64,000 bases of DNA from Microcoleus sp. (GTDB taxonomy: Bacteria; Cyanobacteriota; Cyanobacteriia; Cyanobacteriales; Microcoleaceae): NCBI GenBank assembly GCA_042408215.1, contig JAYFMW010000007.1, positions 160,001-224,000 on the forward strand, in the 5' to 3' direction. Of this stretch, positions 43,392-54,300 are shown piece after piece. The notes under the pieces were generated by a model. That model worked only from the letters and a program-made list of their open reading frames with translations. It did no database searches and was not told where the DNA came from. Made by a program: the position numbers and the translations under genes. Positions within the stretch are counted from its first letter, which is position 1, and each line of letters begins with the position of its first letter.

Positions 43392-45824
43392 ATGACTAAA
43401 ATGCCGCCTCAATGCAAAAATCTACAAGAACAGGTTGACTCTTTACTGCAACTGCTGCGTCAAGAATCGTCTTTGCGACAACAAGATCTTACAGCGGTGC
43501 AAGCTTCTTTGAAAAAAGCAATTTCTCCAGAGTTTGAGATTGTGTTTGCGGGTGCTTTCAGTGCCGGAAAATCGATGCTAATTAATGCTTTGTTAGAGCG
43601 AGAATTGCTCTACAGTGCAGAAGGACACGCGACTGGTACTGAATGTTATATCGCCTTTGCTGAGCCGGAAAAAGAGCGAGTTGTCCTCACATTTTTGAGC
43701 GAAGTTGAAATTCGAGAAGAAGCGTATGCTCTTTGCGACAAGTTAGGTTTAACTACTGAACTTAATATTAATCAAACAGATGTAGTACCGCTTTTATGTA
43801 AGGGATGTAACATAATTATTGAAAAGGAAGGCGGCGAAAATAAATCGGAACTAGCCAAACAAGCTAAGGCTTTGATGCTGCTGTTAGAAGGTTTTGAGGC
43901 AAATCGCGATCGCATCCAAACTCTCGAAAACGCCACCTACTCGATGGAACAGTTTAACTTTTCCAATCTCAAGGAAGCTGCTAGTTATGCTCGCCGGGGT
44001 AGCAACAGTGCGGTGCTGAAGCGAGTCGAATATTATTGTTATCATCCCTTGCTACAAGATGGCAATATTATTATTGATACGCCGGGAATTGATGCGCCAG
44101 TACAACGAGATGCAGAATTGACTTATGATAAGATTGAAAGCCCCGATACTTCGGCGGTTGTCTGCGTTTTGAAAGCAGCTTCGTCAGGGGAAATGACGAC
44201 GGAAGAAACCGAGTTGATGGAAAAGACGCGGGGAAATCCGGGAATTCGCGATCGGCTTTTTTACATTTTCAACCGCATCGACGAAACTTGGTACAACACT
44301 CAACTGCGACAGCGCTTAGAAAATCTGATTAATTCCGACTTTCGCGATACAGCGAGAGTTTACAAAACTAGCGGATTGTTAGGATTTTACGGTAGTTTGA
44401 TTAAAAATACCACAGGGCGCGATCGCTTTGGTTTAAATACAATATTTGCCGAAAGTCAAGGGCGATTTTCTGTAGATGGTAAATTAAATTCAGATTTTCT
44501 CGGTAGTGAAGAAACTCCGCAATTTATCAACGAATTCAACCGCTACTGTGCCAATTCCGGCAAACTACCTCCCAGCAAATTTCGGATTTCAGTTAATAGC
44601 TACGAAACACCAAATCAAAACTACGTGCGGATTCTTGCAGAACAAGGAAAACCGTTAATCGAGCAATTAATTCAAGATAGCGGCATCGAAGATTTTCGCA
44701 CAGCCATCACCCGCTACCTCACCGAAGAAAAACGCCCGCAACTGTTCAAAAATCTAGCAGACGATTTAGAAGACTTGTGCATTCAACTGCGGAAACATTA
44801 CCAAACAATCCAGCGTAATTTGGACAGCCAACCCCGCGAAATTGAGGCGATGAAAGCACAGGAACTTTTACGTTTAAATCAAGAATTGCAGCAAGTCGGA
44901 CAGGATTTTCGGGAACATATCGCCACAGAAATCAATGAAATGATTATGAATAAATGCGATGTTTTTGATAACGATTTTCAGCAACTGCAATCTCGGATGA
45001 TTCGGCGCTTAGATGAATTGCTAGATAGCTTTTCGGTTGAGGCAGCTTACGGGCGCACTGTGCTCGCTCATCCCCGCAATGCTACAGCACCTTTAATTGC
45101 TGTTTTAGTTGAGGCTCTTTACTATTTAGCCAATCAGTTAGAAGATATTTTAGTAGAGTCTACTGCGTCACTGGTTGTCAATTTTTTCCAGTATTTGAAA
45201 GACAGCGTTCGCAAATCTGAATATTATCGACTTCTCTATCGGTTGTTGGGGAATGACGGGGGAATTGAACAGCAGTTAGAGGAGTTGTCAAAGCGGGTTT
45301 CTGATGCTTTGGTAAATGCGGCGGGCGTTGAGTGCGATCGCTACGTGCGAGAAAGTCCCCGTTTTTACGACGAAGACACATTTTCGATTTATCAATTCCG
45401 GCAAACATTGCAGCAAACATCCCAAGGTTACGACTGCGAAAACATGGTAGATGCCCAACCAGCAATTCGGCAATTATTGCGCTTAGATTTCGAGCCAAAA
45501 GTATCAAAAACAATCCGACAAACCTTCCGACAAACTGTTAATAAGACGCTGAAAGATCATTTGTTACCGATGGCCCAAAAGCAAGCCGATGAGATTTTGC
45601 AGAAATACGATCGAGCCCGCGATTATGTGGAGCAAACTCTAGCACAGGAGGCGGAGGAGAAAATTGCGCGTAACCAGCGGCTACAAGCTGAGAATGATGA
45701 AAAGATCGAAAAGTACGATCGGGCGGTTTCAGGAATCAATAGCTGTTTGCAGGCGATGCAATTGTACGAGCATTTGTTGCCCGTAATTGGACAAAATGAT
45801 GGTGTTGTGGTGGATGGTGAATGA
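43392..45824 (+). CDS. Bacterial dynamin-like GTPase
   Basis: G1 GAFSAGKS, G2 HAT, G3 DTPG, G4 NRID, long helical C-terminus. Confidence 0.9.
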   Translation: MTKMPPQCKNLQEQVDSLLQLLRQESSLRQQDLTAVQASLKKAISPEFEIVFAGAFSAGKSMLINALLERELLYSAEGHATGTECYIAFAEPEKERVVLTFLSEVEIREEAYALCDKLGLTTELNINQTDVVPLLCKGCNIIIEKEGGENKSELAKQAKALMLLLEGFEANRDRIQTLENATYSMEQFNFSNLKEAASYARRGSNSAVLKRVEYYCYHPLLQDGNIIIDTPGIDAPVQRDAELTYDKIESPDTSAVVCVLKAASSGEMTTEETELMEKTRGNPGIRDRLFYIFNRIDETWYNTQLRQRLENLINSDFRDTARVYKTSGLLGFYGSLIKNTTGRDRFGLNTIFAESQGRFSVDGKLNSDFLGSEETPQFINEFNRYCANSGKLPPSKFRISVNSYETPNQNYVRILAEQGKPLIEQLIQDSGIEDFRTAITRYLTEEKRPQLFKNLADDLEDLCIQLRKHYQTIQRNLDSQPREIEAMKAQELLRLNQELQQVGQDFREHIATEINEMIMNKCDVFDNDFQQLQSRMIRRLDELLDSFSVEAAYGRTVLAHPRNATAPLIAVLVEALYYLANQLEDILVESTASLVVNFFQYLKDSVRKSEYYRLLYRLLGNDGGIEQQLEELSKRVSDALVNAAGVECDRYVRESPRFYDEDTFSIYQFRQTLQQTSQGYDCENMVDAQPAIRQLLRLDFEPKVSKTIRQTFRQTVNKTLKDHLLPMAQKQADEILQKYDRARDYVEQTLAQEAEEKIARNQRLQAENDEKIEKYDRAVSGINSCLQAMQLYEHLLPVIGQNDGVVVDGE

Positions 45825-45847
45825 TTGCGATTTTGGCGATTAAAATT

Positions 45848-46092
45848 ACGGCGATTGGAAATCGCGGCTACACAGACAAAACCCGCCTACGCGGGTTGAA
45901 AACATTCTTAGTCCGCGTAGGCGGACATTGTTTGTGTAGACGCGAATTCTATTCGCCGGGTATCTTTGGTTGTGAATACCGGGCGATTGGAAATCGCGTC
46001 TACACAGACAAAACCCGCCTACGCGGGTTGAAAACATTCTTAAGTCCGCGGAGGCGGACATTGTTTGTGTAGACGCGATTTCCAATCGCCGG
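45848..46092. repeat. Two tandem ~110-bp REPIN-like hairpin units
   Basis: GGCGATTGGAAATCGCG.CTACACAGACAAAACCCGCCTACGCGGG...CCGCG.AGGCGGAC..TGTGTAGACGCGA, present twice. Confidence 0.85.
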
Positions 46093-46162
46093 GGCTATTG
46101 TCAAAAGAGAGATGCTACTCTAAAATAGCTAGGATGACAGTTAAAAAGACTTAGAGATTAAT

Positions 46163-46600
46163 ATGGAAGATAAATTTGATTTTCACAACTGTGGTAATGA
46201 TGATGCTTTATCTTTTGGTAACGCAATGCTTAAAGTAGGAAAATTGAAGGAAACAGTAAATAACGTTTTGCCGGAAAATGGGTTAGGACATACACTCAAT
46301 CAGTTGTTAAGCCAACAGCAGCTAAATATTGATGTAGGTGTACCTGAAAAAAAAGGTTTTTTATATGGGAAGTGGTTTAGTCAAGGTATAGATTGTGAAA
46401 TTCTCAGAGTGGGTGCTCAGGGCTGGAAGAAAGGAAAGATTAAGCTCAAACTCAATGTCACTATAGAGTTTTGTCCAGACGAACCTGAAGTAGAAGAAAC
46501 ATCAGAAAACAACGAGTCAGAAACTAGCACGCCAGAATCACCCCTCGATGATTTGCGCCGCCAACTACTCAACCTTGAAAATCAACCCAACAATTCATGA
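46163..46600 (+). CDS. KGK domain protein
   Basis: WFSQGIDCEILRVGAQGWKKGKIKL...EFCPDEPE...SPLDDLR. Confidence 0.92.
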   Translation: MEDKFDFHNCGNDDALSFGNAMLKVGKLKETVNNVLPENGLGHTLNQLLSQQQLNIDVGVPEKKGFLYGKWFSQGIDCEILRVGAQGWKKGKIKLKLNVTIEFCPDEPEVEETSENNESETSTPESPLDDLRRQLLNLENQPNNS

Positions 46601-46842
46601 CTAAAACCCCTAGAATCCCCATTCCCCCAGAAGTCAGAAAATATGTATTCGATCGCAATAAATACCAATGCCAAAGTTGCGGTCAAACCAAACAAGAAAC
46701 CCAACTCTCGATCGATCATATCATCCCCCTAGCCCGCGGCGGCAGCAACGACATCAGCAACCTGCAAACCCTCTGCCGCACCTGCAACCAAAAGAAAACC
46801 GACAAACTAGACCCCCGCTTCCGGCGTCACTTTGACCTTTGA
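46597..46842 (+). CDS. HNH endonuclease
   Basis: CQSCG...IDHIIPLARGGSNDISNLQTLCRTCNQKK; ATGA overlap with the KGK stop. Confidence 0.93.
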   Translation: MTKTPRIPIPPEVRKYVFDRNKYQCQSCGQTKQETQLSIDHIIPLARGGSNDISNLQTLCRTCNQKKTDKLDPRFRRHFDL

Positions 46843-47029
46843 TATTTAACAGTATTAAGACTTACGCATAGGGACTCCAGAAACCGGGTTTTTTACTGAG
46901 AAGACGCGTTACCAACCACAAATTTAGTAAAAAACCCGGTTTCTTTGGTCGAAATGCGTCCAGGACTAAAATATTCATCTCTCTCCTCTCTTCCTCTGCG
47001 CCCTCTGCGCCCTCTGCGGTTAAAAAAAC

Positions 47030-50000
47030 CTACCATCTATAATACCGATAAGGATCATCCCCCATCTCAAAATCCGTCCTATAATCCGAGTGATAAAACT
47101 CCCCACTCGAACCATTAAACACAACCCCATCCACCTTAAAACTCGCCCCCAAATTAGCCAAAATCTGAGCATTAGCGCGAGTTTGCCGCCAGCGAGTAAA
47201 ACGCAAATAAGTCTTAGCATCAGCATTCAAACCATCCGAGTCAAGCTGAGAGAAAATCGCCACACCCTTACCTACAGCAACCCGACTTAACAAACCGTCA
47301 GCACCAATTTCTCCCCCAGACTTAATCAACCAAGTATCATAAAAAGAGCGCGATCGCAAATCCGAACCACTAACACCCCTCACCTCATCCCAACCCGGAA
47401 CCGCCAGCGAACCACCGAAATCCTGAACAGGCTGCAAACCCACACCCAAACCAGCAACAGGCACTTGTCGCGGCAAGAAAAACGCCTTCCCCCCGCCATT
47501 CAAATAAGCCCGCAAATCAGCATCTTTCACATTAGCCTGGGCCCCCACAATCGTCAAACCAACATCCTGAGAAAGCGACTCAGCCCGCTGATAAATTACC
47601 CCCAAATTATCCAACTTCTTCGCATCCCCATCTCCCCCAATTAACACAACCCGATCCGGCTTCCCAGAAACAATAGAATTCATCCCGTAACTCACAAGTT
47701 TTTGGACTAATTGCGCCGCCCCACCATCCGCAGAAAAATGGTCTTCCAAATCCAACTGATTTAAAATCAATCGCCCTTTTCCGTAATCCAATTCCATCAA
47801 CGGCGAGTAAGCTAAATCAAACTCAGACTCCAAAATTGGCCGCCAAGAAGTGCGGTGTGGCTTCTCAATAGAAGCGCTGCTGACACCGCCACGATTTCCC
47901 CAATGCCAGCCGTACCAAGGCGAATTTGCCGGACTCAATCTTGCGGGTTTTTGAATTGTATCTGGGTAAGCTTCAAGCAATGTGCTTTCTCCTATCCAAT
48001 CCCGCAAATCTGCTTCATCCAAACCGCTAACTACTGGGTGGTTACTATCAATTGGATAGACGCGGCGGCTGACGTGTTCCGCAACCCGGAAACCCATATT
48101 TCGCAGCCATTCCCGGCGCTGAGGAAACACAATTGCCTTGCCACCATTCCGCACAAAAGTTTCTAAATTACCCGGCAAATTTTGCCCGCTAGAAAACGCT
48201 TCCCGACCAATAATTAGTAGGGGCAATCCCCCCGTGGTTGACCCTACACCATTCCAAGGCACAACTTCGTAACCTAATTGTTTTAACATAGCCGATGTTT
48301 TGCCAACCGGGTCAAATATTGCCACCGCATCTTTTACTGTGGATGGAGTGGAAAAAACCCGGAAAGCAAAAGTATCAGAATGCGGGCGATCGCCCAGCCT
48401 CGCAGTCAGGCGAATTTCGCCGTCAGCCTTGCCGGAAATTGTATTTGGAAGTTTCACATCAATTGGGAAAAACAGCGTCCCTGCCGTCTCAATAGTCCCC
48501 TTATTTTCGCCCTTTTCAACCACTTTCCTCCCCACCAAAACTCGCCAATTAAAAGCAAAATCTTGTTGGGCCCTTGTATCGTTAATTAATACTATTTGCT
48601 TCGCCAATTTGCTGCCCGCAAAAAAGCTGTGGTCTTTCGCAGTAAAAGTCGGCTTAGCACCAGCAATCCAAGCCAAAGTCGGGCCGTTATTATTCATAAT
48701 TGCTTCGCCCCCAGGATAAATATTGTAACCCTCTGGCTGCAAATGATGCAAAAGATTATTTGACACCTGCTTCAAATAAACGCCCCGCCGTCCAGGTTGA
48801 AATGGTCCAATATCCACCTTAATTTTGCCAGCATCCGAAACTTCCCAACCATGCCCATCGTTCCAAGGAATCATCCCCCCAGACATCCCAAAAGTCCGCC
48901 AACTCCGCCAAGTATTCGTACTGAACAAATGCTGCAACTTTTGAAAAGCCGGTGCAAAATCTAACTCTTTATTAAAATGCCAACTTTTATATTCTTGACC
49001 TTTGACAAATTGCTCGCTAATTTTATTTTTATAAGCCGGAGTTTCCAACTCATAAGCCTGTTTTCCCAAATAAATCGCCGCAAACTCCGTCATCCAAGGT
49101 TCGCTGACAATCACATTACCAAAACCAGCTCGATTTCGCATCATCGTGGCGTGTAGTGGTGTCCCAAATTCCACTACCATGTAGGGCATTTCTCCGGTTT
49201 TGCTCCACTCAGAAATCCATTCTTCTCGTTCTTGCAATGGGATTAAATTTAAATAAGAATTCAGCGCATAAACATCGCCAAAAGTCGCGCCTTGGTGTAC
49301 CATCACAGGTCTAGTTTTGTCAACTAATTTCATAGCAGCAAAAGCCTCATTTCCCAAGGTGGTATTTTCCTGGAAACGCCTTTTGTCTCTGGGGTTGAGA
49401 GTTCCTTCTACTTCTTTTTTGCCGATGCGGCGGGGATTTTGGTCGTCACTGTTGCCGAAAAAATTAGGACTTGTGGCCCACATTAATACTGATGGATGAT
49501 TGCGATAGCGGCGCATTTCTGTCGCCATTCGCCTTTTCCAGCGGTCTCTTGTTGGGCGGTTATTCCACTTTCCACTCCAAGCTAAGTTAGTAATATCTAA
49601 GGCGGGAGCCATAACTGGAAAGCCTTTGAGGTCTGCTCTTTCGGAAAACAGTTCTCGGAAGTGCCACCGACCCCGTTCGTCGTGATTCCAAGGCCACATT
49701 TCTATTATATTAAAACCGGCTTTAACGTAGCCGTCAATTAATTGGTCAGCTACTTCTACTGTGCCGCTTGCCCAACTATCGGAATGCAAGATTGGTCGCA
49801 GGCGAAATTCTGTGCCATTTAAGAAAAATTTACGTCCTTCTATCCAAAATTCTCGGAAGCCGAAGGGTTGGTCGTACTGCGTATTAATGCCACTTCCTTT
49901 TACTTCTAATTCCAGGGTGTAAAGGTTTGGTTGACCGACATCCCAAAGGCGGGGGTTTTTCCAATCCCACTGGACGTTTACGGTTTGAATTTGTTGAGCT

Positions 50001-50854
50001 TTAACCTGGGTAGTGCCGGTAAATTTTTGTTGGAGTTTGCCCTTTTCGTCGAGCATTTTAGCGACTAGCTGAATTTGACCTTTTTGTGTAACGTCTTTGA
50101 GTTCTACATCTAATTTAATTTGCTTTTTTCTGGTGGAAGTTTGGACGAATACGTCGCTAATTAGCGGGCCTTGTGGCAGGCTGAAAATTCGGACTTCGCC
50201 GATTATTCCTCGCGATAGCAGATTGGATTTTGTTGTGTAGATTTCTGTGGGACTCATAATCACGGCTTTGTCTTTTTCGTCGGAGACTGCCGCGACTAAG
50301 ATAGAAATAGTATTGTTGCCTGGTTTTGCTACTTTAGTAATTTCAATCGTGCCGTAGGGCCATTCAATTTGACCGCTGTTAATGTCGTTGACAAAGATGA
50401 CTGCATCGGTACTGACTCTGGCTAAATCGATGAAAATTCGGCGGTTTGTCCAGTCACTGGGAATTTCTATATTCCTCTGATACCAGGCTTTTGATAATTG
50501 TTTGCTGTTGAAGTTTTCCCAGTCTTTACCGGTGCCACGAGAGATGATTCCGGGTACGGATTCGCTTTTTTCTCTTTGCCAGTCTCCGGGTACCTGGATG
50601 GAGCCCCAGCTTGGGGATGGGGGGGGATTTTGGGGGTTGCCAATGGCGGGGACAAATTGCCAGGTGCCGTTGAGATAAATCTGGTCGCGTTTGTTGTCGA
50701 TCGCACCTAAGGTCGCTGGGGTAAGATTGGGAAAGCCGATCGAGATGACTGAGTTACTAGCCCAATTGGGGTTTTCAAGTGCGTAACCGATGAATCCGAA
50801 GATAATTGCTGCTGCGAAAAATAATCCGATAATTTTTGCCAGCTTTTGATTCAT
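47030..50854 (-). CDS. Large exported glycoside hydrolase, GH2 (beta-galactosidase-like)
   Basis: N-terminal hydrophobic segment; LNGTWQF, WYQRNIEIP, PRLWD..PNLY, FGFREF..GRKFFLNG, RYRNHPSVLMW, EFG. Confidence 0.8.
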   Translation of the reverse strand: MNQKLAKIIGLFFAAAIIFGFIGYALENPNWASNSVISIGFPNLTPATLGAIDNKRDQIYLNGTWQFVPAIGNPQNPPPSPSWGSIQVPGDWQREKSESVPGIISRGTGKDWENFNSKQLSKAWYQRNIEIPSDWTNRRIFIDLARVSTDAVIFVNDINSGQIEWPYGTIEITKVAKPGNNTISILVAAVSDEKDKAVIMSPTEIYTTKSNLLSRGIIGEVRIFSLPQGPLISDVFVQTSTRKKQIKLDVELKDVTQKGQIQLVAKMLDEKGKLQQKFTGTTQVKAQQIQTVNVQWDWKNPRLWDVGQPNLYTLELEVKGSGINTQYDQPFGFREFWIEGRKFFLNGTEFRLRPILHSDSWASGTVEVADQLIDGYVKAGFNIIEMWPWNHDERGRWHFRELFSERADLKGFPVMAPALDITNLAWSGKWNNRPTRDRWKRRMATEMRRYRNHPSVLMWATSPNFFGNSDDQNPRRIGKKEVEGTLNPRDKRRFQENTTLGNEAFAAMKLVDKTRPVMVHQGATFGDVYALNSYLNLIPLQEREEWISEWSKTGEMPYMVVEFGTPLHATMMRNRAGFGNVIVSEPWMTEFAAIYLGKQAYELETPAYKNKISEQFVKGQEYKSWHFNKELDFAPAFQKLQHLFSTNTWRSWRTFGMSGGMIPWNDGHGWEVSDAGKIKVDIGPFQPGRRGVYLKQVSNNLLHHLQPEGYNIYPGGEAIMNNNGPTLAWIAGAKPTFTAKDHSFFAGSKLAKQIVLINDTRAQQDFAFNWRVLVGRKVVEKGENKGTIETAGTLFFPIDVKLPNTISGKADGEIRLTARLGDRPHSDTFAFRVFSTPSTVKDAVAIFDPVGKTSAMLKQLGYEVVPWNGVGSTTGGLPLLIIGREAFSSGQNLPGNLETFVRNGGKAIVFPQRREWLRNMGFRVAEHVSRRVYPIDSNHPVVSGLDEADLRDWIGESTLLEAYPDTIQKPARLSPANSPWYGWHWGNRGGVSSASIEKPHRTSWRPILESEFDLAYSPLMELDYGKGRLILNQLDLEDHFSADGGAAQLVQKLVSYGMNSIVSGKPDRVVLIGGDGDAKKLDNLGVIYQRAESLSQDVGLTIVGAQANVKDADLRAYLNGGGKAFFLPRQVPVAGLGVGLQPVQDFGGSLAVPGWDEVRGVSGSDLRSRSFYDTWLIKSGGEIGADGLLSRVAVGKGVAIFSQLDSDGLNADAKTYLRFTRWRQTRANAQILANLGASFKVDGVVFNGSSGEFYHSDYRTDFEMGDDPYRYYRW

Positions 50855-50942
50855 GGTTGTTTACCGTCAGAAAATTAGCTTATCCAATCTGTCCCTTCAT
50901 CCAGAATAGCAACGAGAGGGCAAGAGCGGGAGATTCGGAGAC

Positions 50943-51197
50943 GGGGCATGGGGCATGGGGCATGGGGCATGGGGCATGGGGCATGGGGCATTAATCTGCC
51001 TACTGACTACTGACTACTGACTACTGACTACTGACTACTGACTACTGATTACTGACTACTGACTACTGACTACTGACTAATGACTAATGACTACTGACTA
51101 CTGACTACTGACTACTGACTACTGACTACTGACTACTGACTACTGCCTACTCCCTACTGACTACTGACTAATGACTACTGACTACTGACTTCTGACT
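50943..51197 (+). repeat. STRR heptamer tracts: (GGGGCAT)x7, then a long (TACTGAC)n
   Basis: Direct reading of tandem heptamers. Confidence 0.97.
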
Positions 51198-51329
51198 TCT
51201 TCAAATCAGTCTCAGGGAAGATGGCAAGCTGGCCAAAAATATGGTTTGGTTGTAAGAAAATACATAATTATGATTAATATTTTTTAAAGTCAGTAAAGAA
51301 AGTAGCGCGATCGCAACAGGTCAACAAAA

Positions 51330-54300
51330 ATGAGTTTGTTTCAGGTACTGCCCTTACCAATTAAACCTTACGGTATTTCTAGATTTGCCACTGGCTCGGC
51401 ACTGTTGCTGACAACTTTGTTACTGTTTGCACTCAAGGCCAATGCTGTAATCTTATTTTTTGCCGCTGCAATGGTTACGGCTTGGTATGCTGGCTTAAAG
51501 TCCACAGAAAAAAGACTGGAAAAAGAACGAGCCTCTTTGATAACATCTATCTCAAAAGTGATGGGCACAGCCACCTGCTTGATTGTAGTTCTCGACAAGG
51601 AAGGACGCATCGTTCGCTTCAACCAAGTTTGCGAAAAAACCACTGGTTACTCATTTGCTGAGGTTGAAAATAAATTTGTTTGGGATGTATTCTTAATCTC
51701 CGAAGAATTAGACCCAGTTCAAAGAATTTTCACCCAACTCAAAACCGAAGATGTTTCCAGTCAATATGAAAATTATTGGCTGACAAAAAATGGTGAGATG
51801 CGCTTAATTAATTGGTCAAACACAGTGATTTTTGATGGGGACGGTTTGGTAGAATATGTCATAGCAACTGGTATCGATGTTACCGATAGCCAACAAGCCG
51901 AAATCGCCCTAGCTGTATCATACGATCAGCTAGAAACTAGAGTCAAACAGCGAACAGCAGAATTGACAGTAGCGAAGGAAGCCCTGCAAGCTCAAGAAGA
52001 ACGATTTCGCTGTTTAAGTTCCTGTTCCCCTGTCGGCATTTTTATGGCGGATATTCAGGGGTGCTGCACCTATGCAAACCCGCGATGTCAGGCTATTTAT
52101 GACATGAGTTTTGAAGAACTTGTAGGCGGTGGCTGGCAGAATTGCATTCACCCAGAAGACAGGGAGCTAGTGTTGACTCAGTGGCAGGATTATACCAGGG
52201 AAGGTAGCGAATATGCGATGGAATATCGCTTGCAAACATCCGAGGGAATTGTGCGCTGGGTTAACGTTAGTTGCTCCCCCATGTTTTCCGACTCTGGCGA
52301 ATTGATGGGACACGTAGGCACTGTTAGAGATGTCACAGAACGTCAACAAGCACAAGCTGCTTTATCCACCAGCGAACAGCAACTGAGAACACTGCTAGAA
52401 AATACGCCAGATATCATTATCCGCACCGATAAAGAACTGCGTTATGTCTACGTGAATCAAGCCGTAGAAAGAACCCAAGGACAACCAGCGCAGCACTTCA
52501 TCGGGAAAACCAGTCAAGAACTAGGAATGCCGCCGGAACTGTGCCAAATCTGGGATGAAACTCTGCATAAAGTCTTAGAAAATGGTCGGGAAGAAATCAT
52601 AGAATTTCAAGCACCATCAAGCAGCGGAATCAGAAGTTATCAATCTCGCATAGTTCCTGAATTTGACCAAGCAGGTGCAATTCAATATGCCTTAATTGTA
52701 GCGCGAGACATCACCGAACTCAAACTTGCAGAAGTTCAAAAAGCGCAACTGACAATCGAGCAAGCAGCCAGGGAAAAAGCAGAAATTCAACAACAGCGAG
52801 CGGCATTTTTAGCAGAAGTCAGCAAAATGCTGGCTGCTGCGTTTGATCGGGAAACGGTGTTGCAAAAAGTGGCAGAATTAGCAGTGCCAATTGTAGCAGA
52901 CGGGTGCTACATTCACTTAACAGAAAGGGACGGAACTGTGCACCAAGTCGCGCTAGCTCACACAGAAATTGGCATGGTTAATGCTGTGAATAAGTTGAGA
53001 ATTCGCAACCCGCTTGACGAGATTTTTGTGCATGGTTATCCCCTAGTAATTCGCACGGGAAAATCTGAACTAATTACTGAAGTTAATCAGGAAATTTTAG
53101 CAGCAGGAGCCGAAAATGAAGCAGAACTAGAAGTATTGCGTCCGCTGAATATCTGCTCCCACGCTTGCGTGCCGATGACGGCGCGGGGACGGGTAATCGG
53201 CGCTATTAGCTGCTTTACATCGAAGTCTGGCCGCCGCTACAATTCCGAAGATCTGGCAATGCTAGAAGACCTAGCTTATCATGTGGCGATCGCCCTGGAC
53301 AACGCTAGACTTTATGCAGAAGCACAGCAAGCACTGGCTCAAACATCGGAATCCTTTGCTTTAATTGACTCACTGTTGGAAGCATCTCCTTTAGGGATTT
53401 GTTTTCTCGATCGCGAAATGCGCTACATCCGCATCAATCAAGTCTTGGCAGAACTCAACGGTTTGCCGACAGCAGAACACTTGGGTCAAGACTTCCGCCA
53501 ACTGTTGCCAGAATATGCGGCAAAATATGCACCTCTAATCCAGCAAGTTTTAGAAACCGGTCAGCCACTTTTGAACGTAGAGATAAGCGGTGAATCTAAG
53601 GGAAAACCGGGAGATTTCCGACATTGGGTAGGTAACTACTATCCGGTCAAAAATGCCAGCGGAAAAATACTTGGGGCGGGCATAATTCTCACAGATATTA
53701 CCGTAGCTAAACAGACAGAAATAGCTTTGAGAGAAAGCGAAAGACGGTTCCGCAGCGTGGTAGAATCGAATATGATCGGTATCGGTTTTTGGGATAAAAA
53801 AGGCGCAATTACTGAAGCTAATGATGCCTTGCTGAAGATGATTGGATATACCAGGGAAGAGTTGGTTTCGGGAAACCTGTCGTGGTCGGAACTCACGCCA
53901 CCGGAATACGAATATCTCGATACAAAAGCAATCGCAGAAATCGCAGCTACCGGATATTGTACGCCTTTTGAAAAAGCATACATTCGCAAAGATGGTTCGC
54001 GCTTCCCAGTTTTAGCCGGTGGCGGACACTTCCAGGGATGTCAAGATCAAGGCTCGTTCTTCGTGCTCGATATTAGCGATCGAAAACTTGCAGAAGCAGC
54101 GCGATCGTCCATCAATCAAACTCTCGAAGCCCTAATTCGCGCTTGTCCTCTGGCAATTACCGTTTTTAGCGCCCACGACTATCGGGTGAAAATGTGGAAC
54201 CCAGCCGCCGAGAGGATTTTCGGCTGGAGTGAATCAGAGGTACTGGGCAATTTTCTGCCCAGCGTTCCCCCAGACAAGCAACAGGAATTCACAGCTAACT

